Source: Bugula neritina
Taxonomy: Eukaryota; Animalia; Bryozoa
Length of the DNA: 64,000 nucleotides
Reading direction: 5' to 3'
Assembly (NCBI GenBank): GCA_964035545.1
Contig: OZ037765.1
Span: forward strand, 30,255,504 to 30,319,503
The notes under the pieces were generated by a model. The model was not told where the DNA came from. It worked only from the letters and a program-made list of their open reading frames with translations, and did no database searches. Shown here one piece after another: positions 59,901-64,000 of this stretch. The translations under genes and the position numbers were made by a program. Numbering within the stretch: the first letter of the stretch is position 1; each line of letters begins with the position of its first letter.

Positions 59901-62900
59901 TTCACAGCACAGTTTAACATTTGCTAAGAAAATTTTAATCTTAAAATGCATTTTTGTAACATTGTCTAGCGGTAATAGGAGTTTTTAGGTGAACACGTTT
60001 TTGTCTATCAACTATCACAATTATTGCAAACTATGGTGCAGCAGCATTTGTATTTATAAGTTGATAAAATACAAGGCCATTGACATTTCTAGAATATTAA
60101 ACTAGAACTTTCTACGTGAACTGTAAGTAGGAAAAGAATCGGATTAACGCTGACAGAACCTGGCATTAACATAACCCTCAGAATAATATTTACTTTGCAA
60201 GAGAGATAGGCCTATACTCAGCAACATGACCCGGCAGCCAAGGGCATTCACGTGTCGGGAGAGCTGACTCGTTGACTTGCCGACGTTCACAGAGAGAGAC
60301 CGATGTACGATGGTGGAGAATATATCCACCTGAGCCTGACTACAGTACTTGGCCGCCTCCACTCTCTCCTTTAGAAACTAAAACGTAGATAAATTAGGGC
60401 TGTGAGAGTTTAGGAAACACGAGAATCTAAGTGGAAAGTTACTTGGAGTTTATTTTTAGATTCCTTAATTTAAAAAGTTTGTGTTTGAATGAGTTTAGCG
60501 AATTCTTGTCAAAAATACAGGATTTTATTTGCGCTAGTAAATATTTACCATTAATATTGAGTAACCCTAAAGGCATTGAATATGCCTCATTAACATAATG
60601 ACGAATTGATTGAGATAATTGATTAGTTTGGCTGTACAAACAAGTCCATATCAACTGAGCTAAACATGTGTTGAGTCAATATTATCATAAAGCTAAGCTA
60701 GAACAATTAGAACAATACACACAAAACACATATTTGTGATAAAAAGCAAAGTAAAGCATGAGTGAAAGGAAAAAAGAAAACATATATTACAAATAATTAA
60801 AACTAAAATGGTACATTTTACTTAATTTAGTACATACTTGATGTTTCTAGCTTTTGGTTATTTTTCACAATTTAGCTGCTAATGTATATGGTTTTTTGCC
60901 CTAAACTAATAAAATATTAAGAAATACAATTAAATAATCAAGGTTTTTTTTCTAACTCTGTTTGATTTTCTATGTTTTCCTAATTTTGTAGTAAAAAAAA
61001 AGACATTTGTGATAAATTTTTCATCACAGGGCGTATATATACATATGCTTAGCTCATTTGACAATGAGATTGCACTTTAATGTTGCAGGACCCCCTCCCA
61101 GCTTTTTCGCTATGCATATTTAGAATCAACACCTAAAATTACCTCATGTAGTAAATTTTTATGAATTTTGAGCATAATAAATGGTCCAAATTTGCTGAGG
61201 TGCACTAAATAAAGTAAACATAAGAGAAAACTAGATAGGCCAGTGCTGAGCCAACGGAAAAGAGCCATTTACCTTGAGCCATATTCTGTGAACAGCAACA
61301 TCTGGCTGTTTAATTTCTGGAACATTCTCGTCAGACGCCATCAATGGGTTCACTTCCTCTTCGTCAGGTGCAAATATGCCGAGCTGTTGGTCTATAGTGG
61401 CTTGCCATGCGGCTGCCATTTCTTGAATAAACTGCAATTATTTGACATACCAGGAGAAATGCCACAAGAATGTTAGCAAAAAGTGAAAATATTATATTCA
61501 AAAACTAGGCATAATCATATACATGCACAATACTCAAAATGAATTATTTGTTAGGACTTCTGATTTTTAAACCAGTGAAATTTAGTATATTTTTTCAGAA
61601 AGCTTTCAATTTTTATCAACTTAATTGTTTTAATGTACAGAAAGACTCCCCACTTATAAAATGTCACCACAAGAATTTCAAACTAGACATAGATATAAAA
61701 TTAAGTGCAACATAATAAAATAATATTAAAAGTTACGGCAATATTATGTTATCATAAATAGGATTACTGCAATAGAATTTTATTTTATCATAATATTATA
61801 CATTCATTTTATTTTATGATAATATTGTAATATAGGATTATTTTAACACAGATATTTTGATGCACTATTTAACATTTTATCAGCAGTTATAACATTGGAA
61901 GTCATCAGTTATAAAATAGGTGACTGAATAGCAAGTACTACGGGAGGGGAGGAGAGGGAGGGAGGAGAAGCCCACCTCTATAGTGAGGTCCTCACGAGCA
62001 GCCAGAAGCCACACCCAGCAGGCAATACACGCCTCCATAGTCTTCTCACTGAAACACCTTATAGGGGCCCAGCAGAGTGTGTGAAGGAGTTGTCTGTGCA
62101 TGTTAGTAGAGCCAGACTTCATACTCGTTAGGAAAGCACAAATCCTAAACAGGCACTGAGAAAGCTGGTCGTTATCTACAATGAGGTAAAACAGACAGTT
62201 TAAAGTAACCGGTTTAGTAACATTACATATAGCAGTCTAATTAATTTAATTAATTAACAGGAAAATATTTAATAATTTAATTTGATGAGGTTTTCAATTT
62301 GTTTTATTCTCTTTTTTGGCTGAATTCTGTAAGAAATACCAGGTAAGTAGATTTGAAGTGATCTTTAAATTATTAGAAATACATTCACGTGTATGCTGTG
62401 TTTCAAATGACAAACCGTTTGCATTTTCAGCTTCAGAAAGGTTGGTGAGAAACAACTTCACTAAATGATCCACATTTCCCTGAAACGCAGCTTTCATTCC
62501 AGTAATTTCTCCCATATACCTCGATCTTATATTGAAATGAACCATGAATTGTGAGGCGCCCACATTCCGTCCCTAAAAACACCTCATACAATAGAATATG
62601 ATTATATAGTTCATCTGTGGACAGCATAAAATATTCAGTTTAATTAGATTTTATTCGATATACGAAGACCTAAAAACAAGCAGAACAAAGCAGCATTAAC
62701 AATTTTAAGGAGAACAAATTCAATAAAATTGTATCGAGAAATCAAGGATTGAGCCAAAAGCAATCACAGCCATGTAACACGATGCTATGACCGCATTGAG
62801 CAGCAATCAGGGATGGGTTAGCCAATCAGCTGTGTGAACAGTTCATTCTTTAGTCTGATTCAACCAAAAATATAAGAACAGTAAACTGAGTCCCATTAAA

Positions 62901-63809
62901 AACATTCTAAAAAAAAACTTATAAAAGCAGGGCATTCCGAGCTTGCGACCTAAATTTAGGGGCAACAAATCTAAAAACTGGTGCTAAGAATAGTTCTTTG
63001 TATATTCCTGACTTGCATAATATTTAGACCGGCTTTATGTCAACATAAAAATAGATTGCAAGAGTACTTACAGCTGCCAAGTAGAGCTAAAGCATAACAA
63101 ATATTCATATCAGAAATGTGATACACAGGCAACTAATTGTAATAATCAACAAAACAGAAAACAAATATCAAAAACATAGTAACCATCCACAACGTTTGCA
63201 TTTGACCAAATATTCATGTTTTTTAATTATGAACTCATGTAGAAATAAAATTGCAGTGTCTTAAATTGTAATTTTGTCTAATAGAAATCTGTGATTACAG
63301 TCACAACTATAAAATATTAACATCAAAAAAGTCATTTGGAGATATTTAATTAAATCAAACTACACATTATCTTATAACCTAACGCAACGTATTGAGCTCA
63401 AAATATACTTCAGTCATCCATGAAGAGAAACAGATTTTAGCATTTAGTGAGAATATTCCATGTTTCAGAGAAAAGGGAGAGTAACTACCATAGTGAGAAA
63501 CTTTCAGTGCAAATGTGTTACACGGACTAATAATCTGGTAAGAACAAGTCAACAGAGCTAGGGCTATAAGTCTATAGTACTAGGGCTACAAGCCGCAAAT
63601 ACCTGGATGTTACTCGGGCTGTTGGAGTAGCCAGCGTGCGCGAGGACTGTGCCAGTGGCTGGCATGATGCCAGAGTGACTCGAAAGGCTGACGGTTGACT
63701 CAACCTCTATCAGGTACTCAATCAGACAAGATCTCACGGACTGCGGGGTGAAGTTCATCGCCTCCTTCAGTATGCCCGCACTCCTTTCTGCAAAGTCTTG
63801 GATGGTTTG
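47949..63809 (-). CDS. PI4KA: Phosphatidylinositol 4-kinase IIIalpha, 3' part (22 exons seen; 5' end lies beyond the window)
   Basis: [115 protein letters not shown], and C-terminal YYQNEIPF*. All introns are GT-AG. Confidence 0.97.
49000..49180. repeat. Irregular ~24-bp minisatellite (TAGTATATGCTATAATATACGCTA) next to a PI4KA acceptor
   Basis: Direct reading. Confidence 0.8.
49768..50207. repeat. 23-bp minisatellite (AGTAATATACTGTAATACTAACT), ~19 copies
   Basis: Direct tandem repeats in a PI4KA intron. Confidence 0.95.
52828..52922. repeat. 19-bp minisatellite (CATGGTAACACACGGTAGT), ~5 copies, abutting a PI4KA donor
   Basis: Direct reading. Confidence 0.85.
53331..55162 (+). CDS. Secreted YHYH-domain protein, probably GPI-anchored, nested antisense in a PI4KA intron; 6 exons, ~320 aa
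   Basis: Exons 53331-53438, 53523-53658, 53881-54051, 54220-54420 (alternative same-phase donor at 54435), 54721-54864, 54960-55162. Signal peptide [15 protein letters not shown]; SGIPDH; [14 protein letters not shown]; DDCKGH...GAYHYH; [13 protein letters not shown]; LDACHGR...[16 protein letters not shown]; hydrophobic C-terminus. Confidence 0.88.
55748..56690. repeat. 24-bp minisatellite (AGTACACTACACAGTAACTACTAC), ~39 copies with recurring variant units
   Basis: Direct tandem repeats that translate as (STLHSNYY)n. Confidence 0.95.
57221..57723. repeat. 40-bp minisatellite (GTGTTACTATTATATAGCTGTAACTATACTATATACTATT), ~12 copies, abutting a PI4KA acceptor
   Basis: Direct tandem repeats. 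Confidence 0.95.
58930..59144 (-). mobile_element. tRNA-derived SINE, family A, near full length
   Basis: Reverse complement matches 4743-4957 throughout head, body and tail. Confidence 0.87.
60815..61218 (+). mobile_element. MITE-like element, same family as 10916-11212
   Basis: Imperfect ~20-bp TIRs TTTACTTAATTTAGTACAT / GTGCACTAAATAAAGTAAA. The interior is homologous (e.g. CATATT.AGAATCA.CAC, AGTAAATTTT.ATGA.TTTTGAGCA). Confidence 0.7.
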
Positions 63810-64000
63810 CTAAAAATATTTTAGACTTTGAAATAATGTTCAAGAAGGTTAAAAGTTTTCCAACACTGTTTATAAATTAAACATTATATAAATAATGCTT
63901 ATTTATTATTATTTACCAATGACCCTAGAATATTTATGTGTTTGGTTAGTTACTCTGATAGTTCCACTAAACAGTAGCAAAGAGCAAAAGGTGGCAGTGG

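Noticed and set aside
47949-63809. Non-canonical (GC-AG or AT-AC) introns or recoding in PI4KA, PRPF6 or DUS1L
   Set aside because: Every junction I traced was GT-AG and in frame.

Overview
AT-rich, intron-containing animal genomic DNA with GT-AG introns. It is probably an invertebrate; the taxon cannot be fixed from the sequence. I spliced nine genes by hand: DUS1L (+, 3127-8402); two tandem GT31/beta-1,3-glycosyltransferases (+, 15491-17643 and 22506-24339); a 388-aa 10-exon gene (-, 30869-25488) that looks like a miniature major vault protein (3 MVP-type repeats + SPFH shoulder + coiled coil); PRPF6 (+, 32971-40975); two divergent orphan genes (-, 42654-41323 and +, 44853-46413); the 3' part of PI4KA (-, 63809-47949); and a secreted, probably GPI-anchored YHYH-domain gene nested antisense in a PI4KA intron (+, 53331-55162). 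Non-genic content includes an inverted, patchily homogenised pseudo-copy of the DUS1L 3' end, tRNA-derived SINEs, a MITE family, many splice-site-adjacent minisatellites, and period-3/6 low-complexity tracts just downstream of the putative promoters. The best candidates for undescribed biology are the mini-MVP-like gene, the nested YHYH gene and the exon-limited homogenisation of the GT31 pair. Family assignments are from remembered motifs; no database search was run.
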